NCBI GenBank assembly: GCA_029574005.1
Contig: JAKQBR010000080.1
Coordinates: 1-37,510 of the forward strand
DNA length: 37,510 bases
Origin: Deltaproteobacteria bacterium
GTDB taxonomy: Bacteria; Desulfobacterota; Desulfomonilia; UBA1062
Reading direction: 5' to 3'
The notes below the pieces were generated by a model that did no database searches, had not been told where the DNA came from, and worked only from the letters and a program-made list of their open reading frames with translations. Both the position numbers and the translations under genes were made by a program. Shown here in pieces: positions 20,932 to 31,329 of this stretch; the stretch's first letter is position 1, and every line of letters starts with the position of its first letter.

Positions 20932-21951
20932 TCAGGCCCCTAAAGCCATCTGGCAGAGGTCCGGCATGAGGATGGGCGTCATGCCGATGGCGCGCACGCT
21001 CTCCTGCAGGGTGAAGAGGCACATCGGGCAGTTGTAGACGCAATGGGTCGCGCCGCTTGACTGCAGGTCCTCCAGGATCCTCCGGCGGGTATCCCTGGCC
21101 AGCTCGGTGCGCTGCTGGGCATCGAGGCTGAGCCCGCAGCACAGGGCATTCTGGTCCTCGTACCTTCTCTTAACCCGCTCCACCCCGATCAGCGCGAAGA
21201 TCTCGTCCACCAGGGCATGGGTCTCAGGTATGAGGCGGTTCGAGCAGTTGCGGTGGTAGGCGGCCGTGATATTCAGGGGCCTGATCCTGTCTTTCATCTG
21301 GGCCAGGCGGCCGAGGATGTAGTCGTAGAGGTGGACCGGCTTGAAGGGAACCTCGATACCGTAGGCCCTGGCAAAGACGGTAAAGGTGGCGTAGCATTCG
21401 TCATGGTAACAGACCAGTTCGTTGATATGATTTGGCTCCAGGCAGAACTTGCGGATGTTGTCGATGATGAGGGGGAGCCGTTGCTTGGTGATGGATACCT
21501 TCCCGAAGTGCAGATAGATGAGGTTGCAGAAGACGTCCGTGCCCCAGAACAGGGAAGCGTTCTCGAAAAGCGGGCCGCGGATGGATTCCTTGAGCATGGG
21601 AAAGGTGCACAGATCGATGAGGGGGGCATGCATCTCGCGGTATTGGATCTTTTCCCTCGGGGCGAGCGAGGTAATCTGATGCTCCTCGATCTGGGGCGGG
21701 ACCGGGTGAATCCCGTGCCTCTCCTGGAGCTCCACGATGCGGTAGAACGGGTGGCCGCCGTAGGGGCAGTACTCCTCGCATGCATAGCAGGTGACGCAGT
21801 CCTCGAGCACCTGGGATTTTCCGCCCTGGACAAGCACATCCCGTTCGCTTAAGGCGCGCGAAAGGTCGAACCCCAGGTATTGACACCTCATAAGGCAGTC
21901 AACGGTCTCGCAGCGCGTGCACAGCGATGGATCGAACCTTAGTTCCAACAT
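20932..21951 (-). CDS. Fe-S binding protein with CCG domain (HdrD/GlpC-like oxidoreductase)
   Basis: CTRCETVDC...C, CVTCYACEEYCP, YHRNC, LCCG, NCPMC. Confidence 0.85.
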   Translation of the reverse strand: MLELRFDPSLCTRCETVDCLMRCQYLGFDLSRALSERDVLVQGGKSQVLEDCVTCYACEEYCPYGGHPFYRIVELQERHGIHPVPPQIEEHQITSLAPREKIQYREMHAPLIDLCTFPMLKESIRGPLFENASLFWGTDVFCNLIYLHFGKVSITKQRLPLIIDNIRKFCLEPNHINELVCYHDECYATFTVFARAYGIEVPFKPVHLYDYILGRLAQMKDRIRPLNITAAYHRNCSNRLIPETHALVDEIFALIGVERVKRRYEDQNALCCGLSLDAQQRTELARDTRRRILEDLQSSGATHCVYNCPMCLFTLQESVRAIGMTPILMPDLCQMALGA

Positions 21952-22019
21952 GATCTCCTCCTTTCATAAGAAACTCACGCAGGCAATCACGCCTGTCACA
22001 TCAAATCCCGGCTGGGTTC

Positions 22020-22047
22020 ATAATATCCTCTAGCGAGGAGATGTCAA
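22020..22047 (-). promoter_or_regulatory. Putative sigma-70 promoter of the Fe-S protein gene
   Basis: Minus strand TTGACA-16 nt-TATTAT. Confidence 0.45.
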
Positions 22048-22122
22048 TGAATACGGCATCGCCATGCCGCGGCGCCGGCAAACTGCCTCTTGGGATGAGA
22101 CCTGCGTGCCTGGACAGAGACG

Positions 22123-22153
22123 ATGAGCCCCCGTGCGGATCAAGGGGGCTCAT
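22123..22153 (-). terminator. Hairpin downstream of secG (terminator or stabiliser)
   Basis: 10-bp stem atgagccccc/gggggctcat with an 11-nt loop; no clear U-tract. Confidence 0.5.
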
Positions 22154-22183
22154 GGGAAATCGAATGTCTGACGGTGTGGGGTG

Positions 22184-22564
22184 TTACTTGGCTGCGGCAG
22201 GGGCCTGAGCCGGGGCTGAGGGTGCCGCCGGCGCCGGTGCGGCTTGCTGTTTCACCGGGGCCTTGCCAGCGGGTGCGGCCGGGGTGGTCTGAGTGGTCTG
22301 GGCCTTGGTCTCCATAACGCTCCGGTTGGGGCGATCGAAGGTGACATAGCCCAAGGTGAGCGAGGTGAGCATGAAGATCACCACCATGACGCGCGTGGCC
22401 TTGTTGAGGAAGTCGGCCGGACCGGCGCTGCCGAACAGGGCCTGCGAACCGGCGCCGCCGAAGACGGCCCCGATATCCGAGCCTTTGCCGGACTGCAGCA
22501 GGATGGCGACCACCAACAGGAGCGATACCAGGATGTGAAGCGTAAGCACTATACCATGCAGCAT
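22184..22564 (-). CDS. secG: Preprotein translocase subunit SecG
   Basis: ILLQSGKGSDIGAVFGGAGSQALFGS...FLNKAT; follows tpiA. Confidence 0.95.
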   Translation of the reverse strand: MLHGIVLTLHILVSLLLVVAILLQSGKGSDIGAVFGGAGSQALFGSAGPADFLNKATRVMVVIFMLTSLTLGYVTFDRPNRSVMETKAQTTQTTPAAPAGKAPVKQQAAPAPAAPSAPAQAPAAAK

Positions 22565-22569
22565 AATCG

Positions 22570-23325
22570 TTATCCTTTGAATTTTACTATTCTCTCGAAT
22601 GAGGCGGCCTCGAGACTGGCGCCGCCTACCAGGGCGCCGTCCACATCGGGCTTGGCCATCAGCTCGTCGATGTTGTCGGGTTTGACGCTGCCGCCGTAGA
22701 GGATCGGGGTGTTATTGGCGATGGACTCGCCGAACAGGTCGGCGATGATACCGCGGATATGGGCGTGCACCTCCTGGGCGATCTCGGGCGTGGCGGTGCG
22801 GCCCGTGCCGATGGCCCAGACCGGCTCGTAGGCGATGATCACGCCGGCGGCCTGTTCCTGGCTCAGGCCCTTGAGCCCTAACCGCACCTGGGTGTCGATC
22901 ACGGACATGGTATGGCCGGCCTCGCGCTGTTCAAGGGTTTCGCCCACGCACACGATGGGTATGAGCGCGCTCTTCAGGGCCGCCAGGACGCGCTTGTTCA
23001 CGGTGGTGTCGGTATCGCCGAAATACTGGCGCCGTTCCGAGTGGCCGACGATCACGAAGGTGATGCCCAGGGACTTGAGCATGGGCGCGCTCACCTCGCC
23101 CGTAAAGGCGCCCTGGTCTTCCCAGTAGACGTTCTGCGCCCCCACCTTGATCGCCGTGCCCTTGAAGGCCTGGGCCAGTCGCTCAAGGTAAATGAAGGGC
23201 GGACAGATAACGACGGCGCGTCCGGTCACGCCTTCGACGGCCCCGGCGAACGCGGCCGCGAACGCATCGACATCCGCGAGCGTCTTGTACATCTTCCAGT
23301 TGCCGGCGATCAGCGCCCTGCGCAT
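22570..23325 (-). CDS. tpiA: Triosephosphate isomerase
   Basis: IAGNWKM, GHSERR, AYEPVWAIGTG, YGGSV, LVGGASL; start ATG 23325. Confidence 0.97.
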   Translation of the reverse strand: MRRALIAGNWKMYKTLADVDAFAAAFAGAVEGVTGRAVVICPPFIYLERLAQAFKGTAIKVGAQNVYWEDQGAFTGEVSAPMLKSLGITFVIVGHSERRQYFGDTDTTVNKRVLAALKSALIPIVCVGETLEQREAGHTMSVIDTQVRLGLKGLSQEQAAGVIIAYEPVWAIGTGRTATPEIAQEVHAHIRGIIADLFGESIANNTPILYGGSVKPDNIDELMAKPDVDGALVGGASLEAASFERIVKFKG

Positions 23326-23341
23326 AAAACCCTCGATCCCC

Positions 23342-24526
23342 TTATTTGTCGAGCACGGCCACGCCGGGCAGGACCTTACCCTCCAGCATCTCCAGGAAGG
23401 CGCCGCCGGCGGTGGAGACAAAGCTCACCTTGTCATACACCCCGCTCTTGTGGAGTGCGGCATCTGTATCACCGCCGCCCACAATGGTCAAGCCCTTTGA
23501 TGAGGCGATGGCCTTGGCGACGGTCATGGTGCCCGACGCAAAGGCCGGGATCTCGAACATGCCCATGGGGCCGTTCCAGATGATGGTTGCGCAGTCGGCC
23601 AAGGCCTCGGCGAAGAGGGCCTCGCTGGCCGGGCCGATATCCAGACCCATGAGGTCCTGTTTGAGCTCCTGGATGGTCACGATCGAGCTCGGCGCGCCGT
23701 CCTTGGGCTCCGCGGCGCACACGCAGTCCACCGGCAGATACAGCTTCACGCCCTTGGCCTTGGCCTTTTCCATGACCGTGCGGGCCGTGTCGATCAGATC
23801 TTCCTCGACCAGGGACTTGCCGATCTCCTGGCCCAGGGCCTTGATAAAGGTAAAGGCCATGCCGCCGCCGATGATCAGCTTGTCGACCTTGTCCAGGAGG
23901 TTCTCCAGGATCTCGAGTTTGCCCGAAACCTTGGCGCCGCCGACCACGGCCGCCATGGGCCGCTTGGGGTCCTTCAGCGCCTTCTCTATGTTCAGGACCT
24001 CCTCGAGCATCAGAAACCCGGCCGCCGTTTCACTGATGAACGCGCACACGCCGTGCGTGGAGGCATGCGCGCGGTGGGCCGTGGCAAAGGCGTCGTTCAC
24101 GTAGCAGTCCGCCAGGACGGCCAGCTCCTTGGCAAAGGCCGGATCGTTCTTCTCCTCCTCGCTATGGAAGCGCAGGTTTTCCAGCATCAATACCTCGCCG
24201 GGCTTGAGTTCCGCCACCATGGCCTGCACATCGCTGCCGATGCAGTCCGGCGCCATATTGACGCTGATGCCCAACAGTTCGGAGAGCCGACGCGCGATCG
24301 GCATCAGGCTCTGCGCCTTCACCACCTTGCCCTTGGGTCGGCCCAGGTGCGACATGAGAATGACCTTGGCCTTGGCGTCCACGGCATGCTTGATCGTGGG
24401 GATCGCGGCCCGGATGCGCGAATCGTCGGTGATATTCAAGGCCTCATCCAGGGGGACGTTGAAATCCACCCGGATCAGAACCCTCTTGCCCGCCATGTTC
24501 AAATCCTTTATGGACTTGATCGCCAT
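23342..24526 (-). CDS. pgk: Phosphoglycerate kinase
   Basis: RVDFNVPL, SHLGRPKG, LENLRF, GGAKVS.K, WNGPMG.FE, GGGDT. Confidence 0.98.
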   Translation of the reverse strand: MAIKSIKDLNMAGKRVLIRVDFNVPLDEALNITDDSRIRAAIPTIKHAVDAKAKVILMSHLGRPKGKVVKAQSLMPIARRLSELLGISVNMAPDCIGSDVQAMVAELKPGEVLMLENLRFHSEEEKNDPAFAKELAVLADCYVNDAFATAHRAHASTHGVCAFISETAAGFLMLEEVLNIEKALKDPKRPMAAVVGGAKVSGKLEILENLLDKVDKLIIGGGMAFTFIKALGQEIGKSLVEEDLIDTARTVMEKAKAKGVKLYLPVDCVCAAEPKDGAPSSIVTIQELKQDLMGLDIGPASEALFAEALADCATIIWNGPMGMFEIPAFASGTMTVAKAIASSKGLTIVGGGDTDAALHKSGVYDKVSFVSTAGGAFLEMLEGKVLPGVAVLDK

Positions 24527-24641
24527 TGCATTACCTCCTTACCAGGGATAGAACGTGGAGTGATCACGTACTTTTTATGGGACAGACCGTGGGGTGTTCC
24601 TTTTTCCGGTAGACGCCACTTCTGTAAAGTGCCTGTCCCCT

Positions 24642-24689
24642 TTGCTAATGCATAGTAAATTGTATATAATCACTTATTACCGCTGTCAA
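24642..24689. promoter_or_regulatory. Overlapping divergent sigma-70 promoters (pgk operon and the EcsC-like gene)
   Basis: Plus strand: TTGCTA(24642)-17-TATAAT(24665). Minus strand: TTGACA(24689-24684)-17-TATACA(24666-24661). Confidence 0.6.
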
Positions 24690-25369
24690 TGGATTTTCAG
24701 GACGGCACGAGACACGAAAGGTTGGCCATGGCGCTATTGGAACACGTGGGGGCCCGCTTCGGGGCCCTGGTACACCACCTCGTTCAAGGCAACACCAGAA
24801 AGGCCAGGCGCCTGGCCGATAAGGCGCGGCGCGGCCAGGACCGGCCGGACCCCGGCATACTATCGCAGAACCTGATCGAATCACTGGCCCAGGAGCAGGC
24901 CCTCAAGAACGGCGGCGTCAACCTGCCCAGCATCTTTCCGGGCCTCGGCACCCTCGTTTCGTTCCTGCTGGCCGGCGCGGAGAACTTCCTGATCCTCGAT
25001 CAGAGCGTCACCGTCATACTCACCCTCTGGCACCTGCACGGGAGGGATGATGACCGCGAACAGCAGGAGGCCTTCGTGATCCGGGTCCTCGGCGAGGCCT
25101 ATGAACTCATCGACGAGTCAGGCGAAGCCAACGCCCAGGACATCACCCGGCGCTACATGACCAGGGAGCTGCCCCAGCGCTACCTCAACGTGGGATTCAA
25201 CCGCGTCCTGAACAGGCTCTTTCCGCCGCGCAGCCGCTTGCGGCTCGTACCGGTCCTGGGGGTGTTCGTCTCGGCCTTTGACGGATATCGGACCGTTGTC
25301 AGCGCCGGCCGGATCGCCCTGAACCATCTCCAGAAAAAACACGATCAGGCCGCGGGACGCGCCAGATAG
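24689..25369 (+). CDS. Hypothetical protein, EcsC-like
   Basis: Typical codon usage; GGVNLPSIFPGLG and RLVPVLG...SAFDGY resemble EcsC-family helices. Confidence 0.55.
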   Translation: MDFQDGTRHERLAMALLEHVGARFGALVHHLVQGNTRKARRLADKARRGQDRPDPGILSQNLIESLAQEQALKNGGVNLPSIFPGLGTLVSFLLAGAENFLILDQSVTVILTLWHLHGRDDDREQQEAFVIRVLGEAYELIDESGEANAQDITRRYMTRELPQRYLNVGFNRVLNRLFPPRSRLRLVPVLGVFVSAFDGYRTVVSAGRIALNHLQKKHDQAAGRAR

Positions 25370-25773
25370 ATGGCCTCCTGCGGGCAGGCCTCGGCGCACA
25401 GGTTGCAGCCCACGCACGCCTTTTCCTCCTTCAGGAACGCGCTTGAGGTCAGATCGCGCGGGAAATCCACCGGCATCGAGATCTCAAGGCATTGAAACGG
25501 GCAGGTATCCACGCAGATGCCGCACGAGGAGCAGATCGAGCGGATCACCACCGGCTTGGGCCATTCGGACCTCTTCATCCGCTGGCCGGGTTGGCCCTGG
25601 GCGTTCAGCACGGCCCCATCGTTCGGACAGATGCGCGCGCACACCCCGCAGGACAGGCATCTGCCGCCGTCGATGACATGCCACTGTTTCTTTTCTCCGG
25701 AAATGGCGCCCACCGGGCACACCTTGACGCAGGCGCCGCACCCCTTGCACATCTCAGTAATGCGGTATGGCAT
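25345..25773 (-). CDS. Polyferredoxin (4 x [4Fe-4S])
   Basis: Four CxxCxxCxxxCP motifs. Confidence 0.92.
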   Translation of the reverse strand: MPYRITEMCKGCGACVKVCPVGAISGEKKQWHVIDGGRCLSCGVCARICPNDGAVLNAQGQPGQRMKRSEWPKPVVIRSICSSCGICVDTCPFQCLEISMPVDFPRDLTSSAFLKEEKACVGCNLCAEACPQEAIYLARPAA

Positions 25774-25812
25774 AGAAAAGACCCCTCCACCTCAGGGAAT
25801 TTATTGCAGAAG

Positions 25813-26241
25813 CTACAACTTGTACACGCCCTTGTCCCAGATCTTCACCCAGTTGCGCTTGAGCACCTCCGTGGCCTTCTTGAGATGGTCCACCTCGAGG
25901 ATCATGACCGGGTTGGAGGCCCGGCCGATATAGGGATACAGGGTGATGACATTGATGCCGGCGTCCTTCAACGGGCGCAGCACGGCGTTCATGCCGCCGG
26001 GATGGTCGGGCATCTCGACCGCCAGCACATCGGCCTCCTCGAACTCGATCTCCTTGGCCGATAATGCGTCCTTGGCCTTCTTGGGGTCATCAACCACCAC
26101 ACACACATCGCTGATCTCGGTCGACTCCTGGCTGACGGAGATGGCCCGGATATTGACCCCCTGCTCTCCCAGGACATTGCTCAGGTGCGAGAGCTTGCCG
26201 GAGATGTTCTGGGTCTTGAATCGCAGCTGTTTGATGCTCAT
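25813..26241 (-). CDS. Tandem ACT-domain protein
   Basis: N..GKL....VL...GVNIRAIS; LAVEMPDHPGGM..VL..L..AGINV..LY. Confidence 0.85.
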   Translation of the reverse strand: MSIKQLRFKTQNISGKLSHLSNVLGEQGVNIRAISVSQESTEISDVCVVVDDPKKAKDALSAKEIEFEEADVLAVEMPDHPGGMNAVLRPLKDAGINVITLYPYIGRASNPVMILEVDHLKKATEVLKRNWVKIWDKGVYKL

Positions 26242-26244
26242 GCC

Positions 26245-26793
26245 CTACCTCCCCTTCTGGGAAAAATAGTCGATACCCGCCTTGAGCGCCTCGATGTTGG
26301 CGGATCTGAAGCGGTCTTTGCCCTTGCCCAGGATCGCGGCCATATGATCCATGATCGTGGCCGGCTTGACCAGGCGGGTCCTTCCGACGAAGGCCCCCAG
26401 CATGACCATGTTGGCGTAGCGGATACCCACGCCCGCCTGCGCGATGTCGTTGACCGGGATCTCCAGGACCTCGATATCGCCCCGCACCGGCCGGTCGGTG
26501 ACCATGTTGCTGTTGATGAACACCTCGCCGCCCGAAACGGTCTGGTTCTGGAGACGCAACAAGGACTGGTTGTCCATGATCACCAGGTAGTCCGGTGAGG
26601 AGGCCACGGGCGAGGCGATCTCCTCGTCCGAGATGGCGACCGTGCAGGAGGTGATGCCGCCGCGCATCTCGGCGCCGTAGGACGGCAGGTAGGTCACGTA
26701 ATGGCCTTCCTCCATGGCGGCCCAGGCAATGCATATGCCCGAGAAGAGGATGCCCTGCCCGCCGATCCCGCTCATCATGATTTTCTGCAGCAT
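26245..26793 (-). CDS. 2-oxoacid:ferredoxin oxidoreductase gamma subunit
   Basis: SGIGGQGIL, PSYGAEMRGG, NMVMLGA. Confidence 0.93.
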   Translation of the reverse strand: MLQKIMMSGIGGQGILFSGICIAWAAMEEGHYVTYLPSYGAEMRGGITSCTVAISDEEIASPVASSPDYLVIMDNQSLLRLQNQTVSGGEVFINSNMVTDRPVRGDIEVLEIPVNDIAQAGVGIRYANMVMLGAFVGRTRLVKPATIMDHMAAILGKGKDRFRSANIEALKAGIDYFSQKGR

Positions 26794-26801
26794 GACTGTT
26801 C

Positions 26802-27551
<750 letters not shown>

Positions 27552-28616
27552 CTACAGCTCCTTCTGCAGCCAGTGCCGCTCGATGATGCGCTGGATCTCC
27601 TGCGGGGCCGGCACGACGCCGCCCGGCCGGCCGTAGAACTCGCACTCCACGCTGCCGCCCACGGCCAGCCTGACGTCGTCGATCATCTGGCCGGTGCTCA
27701 TCTCGAACACCAGGAACAGCTTGGCCTTCTTGGCGATCGCCTGCACGGCATCGTCCGGGAACGGCCAGAGCGTGATCGGGCGCAGGAGCCCGACATTCAG
27801 ACCCTCGGCCCGGGCGCGCTTCACGGCGCCCTTGGCGATGCGGGCCGCCGTGCCGTAGGCCACCACGACCATTGTGGCGTCGTCGGTCATGAACTCTTCG
27901 TGGCGCGGCAGGGTCTGGCGCATGAGGTCGTACTTGCGCTTGAGCTTCCAGTTGTGCTCCTCCTCCTCCGGCGGGTGCAAGATGAGCGAGCGCAGGATCC
28001 GCGAGGGGCGCCCCTGGGCGCCGTCCAGGATATAATCCTTGGGCGGCAGGTCGGCCGGCGGCGGGGTATGCATGACGATGGGCTCCATCATCTGGCCCAT
28101 CATACCGTCGCCCACGATCATGACCGGCGTGCGGTAGATGTCGGCGATATCGAAAGACTCCATGGTGATGTCGTAGAGTTCCTGGATGGAGGCCGGGGCG
28201 AAAACCGGCATGCGGTAATCGCCGTGCCCGCCGCCACGCGTGGCCTGGTAGTAGTCGCCCTGGCTGGGGGCGATGTTGCCCAGTCCGGGTCCGCCGCGTA
28301 CGATATTGACGATCACAGCCGGCAGCTCCTGGGCCGCCAGGAAGGAAAGCCCTTCCTGCTTCAGGCTGATTCCGGGCGAAGAGGAGGACGTCATGGCGCG
28401 CGCTCCGGTGGCGGCCGCGCCGTGCACCATGTTGATGGAGGCTATCTCGCTTTCGCCCTGGAGAAACACGCCGCCGACCTCGTCCATGCGGCGCGACATG
28501 TATTCCGGTATCTCGTTCTGGGGGGTGATCGGATAGCCGAAGTAGCAGCGGCAGCCAGCCTGGATGGCGGCCTCGGCGATGGCGTCCGTGCCCTTCATCA
28601 AGACCTTAGCGCTCAC
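27552..28616 (-). CDS. vorB: 2-oxoacid:ferredoxin oxidoreductase alpha subunit (VorB-type)
   Basis: FGYPITPQ, QGESEI, TSSSSPGISLKQE, RGGPGLG.I..SQGDY.QATRGGGHGD. Confidence 0.88.
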   Translation of the reverse strand: MSAKVLMKGTDAIAEAAIQAGCRCYFGYPITPQNEIPEYMSRRMDEVGGVFLQGESEIASINMVHGAAATGARAMTSSSSPGISLKQEGLSFLAAQELPAVIVNIVRGGPGLGNIAPSQGDYYQATRGGGHGDYRMPVFAPASIQELYDITMESFDIADIYRTPVMIVGDGMMGQMMEPIVMHTPPPADLPPKDYILDGAQGRPSRILRSLILHPPEEEEHNWKLKRKYDLMRQTLPRHEEFMTDDATMVVVAYGTAARIAKGAVKRARAEGLNVGLLRPITLWPFPDDAVQAIAKKAKLFLVFEMSTGQMIDDVRLAVGGSVECEFYGRPGGVVPAPQEIQRIIERHWLQKEL

Positions 28617-28821
28617 GGAAGACCTCGATGGCCACCTCGGGACACATCAGCGCGCACAGGGAGCAGCCCTTGCACCGTTCCTTGATGAACTCCGCCGGAT
28701 GGTAGCCCTTGGGGTTGATCTCGTCCGAGAGCTGGATGGCCCCCTCGGGACATACGGATATGCACAGCTCGCAGGCCTTGCACAATGTCTTATCGATCGT
28801 AATCGTGCCGTTCATTGCCAT
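28606..28821 (-). CDS. 2-oxoacid:ferredoxin oxidoreductase delta subunit (2 x [4Fe-4S])
   Basis: CKACELCISVCP, NPKGYHP, CKGCSLCALMCPE; ATG 28821. Confidence 0.92.
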   Translation of the reverse strand: MAMNGTITIDKTLCKACELCISVCPEGAIQLSDEINPKGYHPAEFIKERCKGCSLCALMCPEVAIEVFRER

Positions 28822-29091
28822 TTGCCTTCCCTCTCGTTGCATCGAACGCATTTTTTAGCATCAAAATACCTGTCTGTACAGGGAGTTTTTTCGCTTCCCC
28901 GGCGTCCCGGAAGGCCTGCGGGGTCTCCATAGAGACGACGATACGGCTGCCGCCGGGCGCTCAAGGTTTATTTTGCCTGCCGGACCCTTGCCCCGGCAAT
29001 TGTTTCTCCCGGGCCAGAGGCGGCAACGCGGCGATGCCCAGGTCCCGGGGATGTTCATCTCGTGCCCTGCGAAAGCAGCAATCCAGGCTTT

Positions 29092-29305
29092 CCTTCGTGG
29101 TCTTCGTGGTGCACGTGCTTTTCGCGTCTTTTCACGCCTTTGTTGGGCACATCTCTTATATCACCACGAAGCCCACAAAAAAGAAAGTCGTTGGAAAAAG
29201 GCGGGAGAAAACATCTCTGGATACCGGCAGGTTTTCAAGCCTGACCCGGAAGCGTTGATGAGTGGGGCGGAACCCGGGAGTTTCTTCGTGATCTTCGCGC
29301 CCTTA
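29092..29305. repeat. Degenerate ~9-nt-periodic TTCGTG/CACGAA repeats in inverted arrangement
   Basis: cttcgtggtc-ttcgtggtg-cacgtgctt-ttcgcgtct; cttcgtggtg (29102) is inverted against caccacgaag (29162); ttcttcgtgatcttcgcgccc at ~29282. Confidence 0.5.
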
Positions 29306-29379
29306 GCACTCAACGGCTTTAAAAGCCTAACCTTGTCACAAGGGGCATGCGCTTGAACGTTGACCGGCCCGCGCAGGGA

Positions 29380-31329
29380 TCAGCGGTTCTCGGTGATCTC
29401 GAGCCCTATGGTGGTGTCCCCGGTGGCGCGGAACTTCAGGTCGCAGCGCCGCTCGACAGGGGGGGCGGCCTCGCCTTTCCAGACCCGGATGATGTTCACC
29501 TTGTCGCCGACACGCTGCAGCACCTCATAGCGGTCGTTGTTGGAGAAGTAGGCCGCCGTGGCCCTGGTCTCCGCCTGGGTACGGATCCACAGGTCCGGCA
29601 TGACCTCGCCTTTCTTCAAACGGAAGATATACCGGCCGGGCTTGTAGATGGCATAATCCGTGGGCACATCGCCGAACTTGGCCGCCAAGCCTCTCCAGTG
29701 CTGGATCTCCTTCTCCTTTTCCGGCGGCAGGGCCTTGGCGTTGTCCATCATCTGCTTGAAGATCGTATTTCTGGTACGCGGGCTGTACCTGGCGGCGGTC
29801 TCATAATAGTACATGCGGTACTTGTTGTCGGCCTTGGGGGCCTGTGCGAGGATTACATCGCCGATGGGGTCGCCCAGCTTGGCGTTGATGGCCACCGCAA
29901 CGTCGAAGTACTTGAGCGCCGGGTCCAGCGCGCCCGCCTTGACCGACTCGGCCCCCTTGTCGAAGGGCCGCTGGGCGATCGCCCCGGTGGCGCCCAGGAA
30001 ATAGTCGGCCTTGAGGTAGTTTTCCTTGGCGGTGTCGACCGCGCCCTTGTCCAGCGACATGAGCGCGATCTCGCCGGCGTTCTCGTAGATCTGCGCAATG
30101 CGCGGCCCCATCTTGGGCTCGAGCTTGTAGGCGCTGAAGAACCGCTCCTGGGCGCGCTGGAGATCGCCGCGCTGATAGTAGTACTGCCCGACGATGAAAT
30201 GGTTCTCGGCGTTCTCCGGGTCCTGCATCAAGGCCAGGTCATAGGCCTGGTCGGCCTCGGCGAACTTCTTCTCACGCGCGAAGCCGCGCGCGGCCTTCAT
30301 ATAATCCTTGCCCTCGATCGGCAGGTCCTCCGGGATGACCTGGGTATCGAGCACGGCCAGGTTGACTTTGGGCGGCATGTCGCGGGTGATGCGCACGCGC
30401 ACGGCGATGTTCTTGCGGCGCTTGAAACGCATCTGGAAGGCCGAACCGGCCGGCACCTGCTCGATCACCAACCCGTAGAAGCCGTTCGTGGTCGTGATCC
30501 ATCCGGGCTCATAGGACTGGCCGGTATGCAGGCCGATCTCCAGGTCCTTTTCGAAGCGCGCCTTGCCGGGCAGGACGCCGACCACGTCGAGCCGGTCGCC
30601 GTTCTTGATCTGGGCGTCCCATTTGAAGACCGTTATGGTCCCGCTGTCCCGGTCGATATCGGCATCGGTGAACGTGCGGTCGAAGACCACCTCCGGGGCC
30701 GTCCTGGGGAAGGCCTTATCCACCAGCTCGGGCCCGGCGACCTGGACGGCCTTCTGGCGGTAGGTCTGCCGCAGCGCGGGCGTGGCGAGCGCCATCTGCA
30801 GATACAGCTTGGCCACCGCATGGCGGTCCGATTCCGTGACGGCATATTGCAGCGCCTTCTCGGCGTAGTCGATCTTCCTGGTCTGGTCTGTGGCCTTCTG
30901 GGCCAGCCTCAGGTAAAAGCGCTGGGCGCCCCTGAGGGTGGGGTCATACTGCATGGCCTGATCAAAGGCCTGCCGGGCCTCCTCCAGGCGGTTAATTTCA
31001 AGCAGGGCGCTCGAGGTCTTCTTATAGAGCGCCACGACCTCCACCTTCTGCGCGGGCTTGAGCCTGATGACGGCATCGAAGCCCTGTCTGGCTTTTTCAT
31101 AATCGCCCTGCTCCAGGCAGAGTGTGGCCAGCAGCCAGTTGGCGTCGAAGTCATCCGGGTTGCGGCTCAGCCAGTTCTCAAGGGTGTTGACGGCCAGCGC
31201 GCGTTTGCCGGCCTTGGCATAGGCATTGGCCTTCTGGACCTCTTTGCCGGCCGCCCAGACGACTGGCGCGCCGACACAAAGAGACAGGGCCAAAAGCAAC
31301 AGGACCATGCGTGACATCAAAGCCTTCAT
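29380..31329 (-). CDS. Exported TPR-repeat protein with a central and a C-terminal beta-rich domain
   Basis: ORF 29380..31347 (start uncertain). Signal peptide MVLLLLALSLCVGAPVVWA; TPR-like LATLCLEQGDYEKARQGF and VGQYYYQRGDLQRAQERF. Confidence 0.78.
   Translation of the reverse strand: MKALMSRMVLLLLALSLCVGAPVVWAAGKEVQKANAYAKAGKRALAVNTLENWLSRNPDDFDANWLLATLCLEQGDYEKARQGFDAVIRLKPAQKVEVVALYKKTSSALLEINRLEEARQAFDQAMQYDPTLRGAQRFYLRLAQKATDQTRKIDYAEKALQYAVTESDRHAVAKLYLQMALATPALRQTYRQKAVQVAGPELVDKAFPRTAPEVVFDRTFTDADIDRDSGTITVFKWDAQIKNGDRLDVVGVLPGKARFEKDLEIGLHTGQSYEPGWITTTNGFYGLVIEQVPAGSAFQMRFKRRKNIAVRVRITRDMPPKVNLAVLDTQVIPEDLPIEGKDYMKAARGFAREKKFAEADQAYDLALMQDPENAENHFIVGQYYYQRGDLQRAQERFFSAYKLEPKMGPRIAQIYENAGEIALMSLDKGAVDTAKENYLKADYFLGATGAIAQRPFDKGAESVKAGALDPALKYFDVAVAINAKLGDPIGDVILAQAPKADNKYRMYYYETAARYSPRTRNTIFKQMMDNAKALPPEKEKEIQHWRGLAAKFGDVPTDYAIYKPGRYIFRLKKGEVMPDLWIRTQAETRATAAYFSNNDRYEVLQRVGDKVNIIRVWKGEAAPPVERRCDLKFRATGDTTIGLEITENR

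Noticed and set aside
29347-31314. 655-aa plus-strand ORF mirroring the TPR gene; likewise 802..1860, 1897..3330, 3749..4834, 6787..8127, 27231..28685
   Set aside because: Antisense or alternate-frame shadow ORFs expected in high-GC coding DNA; no motifs, and each overlaps a well-supported gene.
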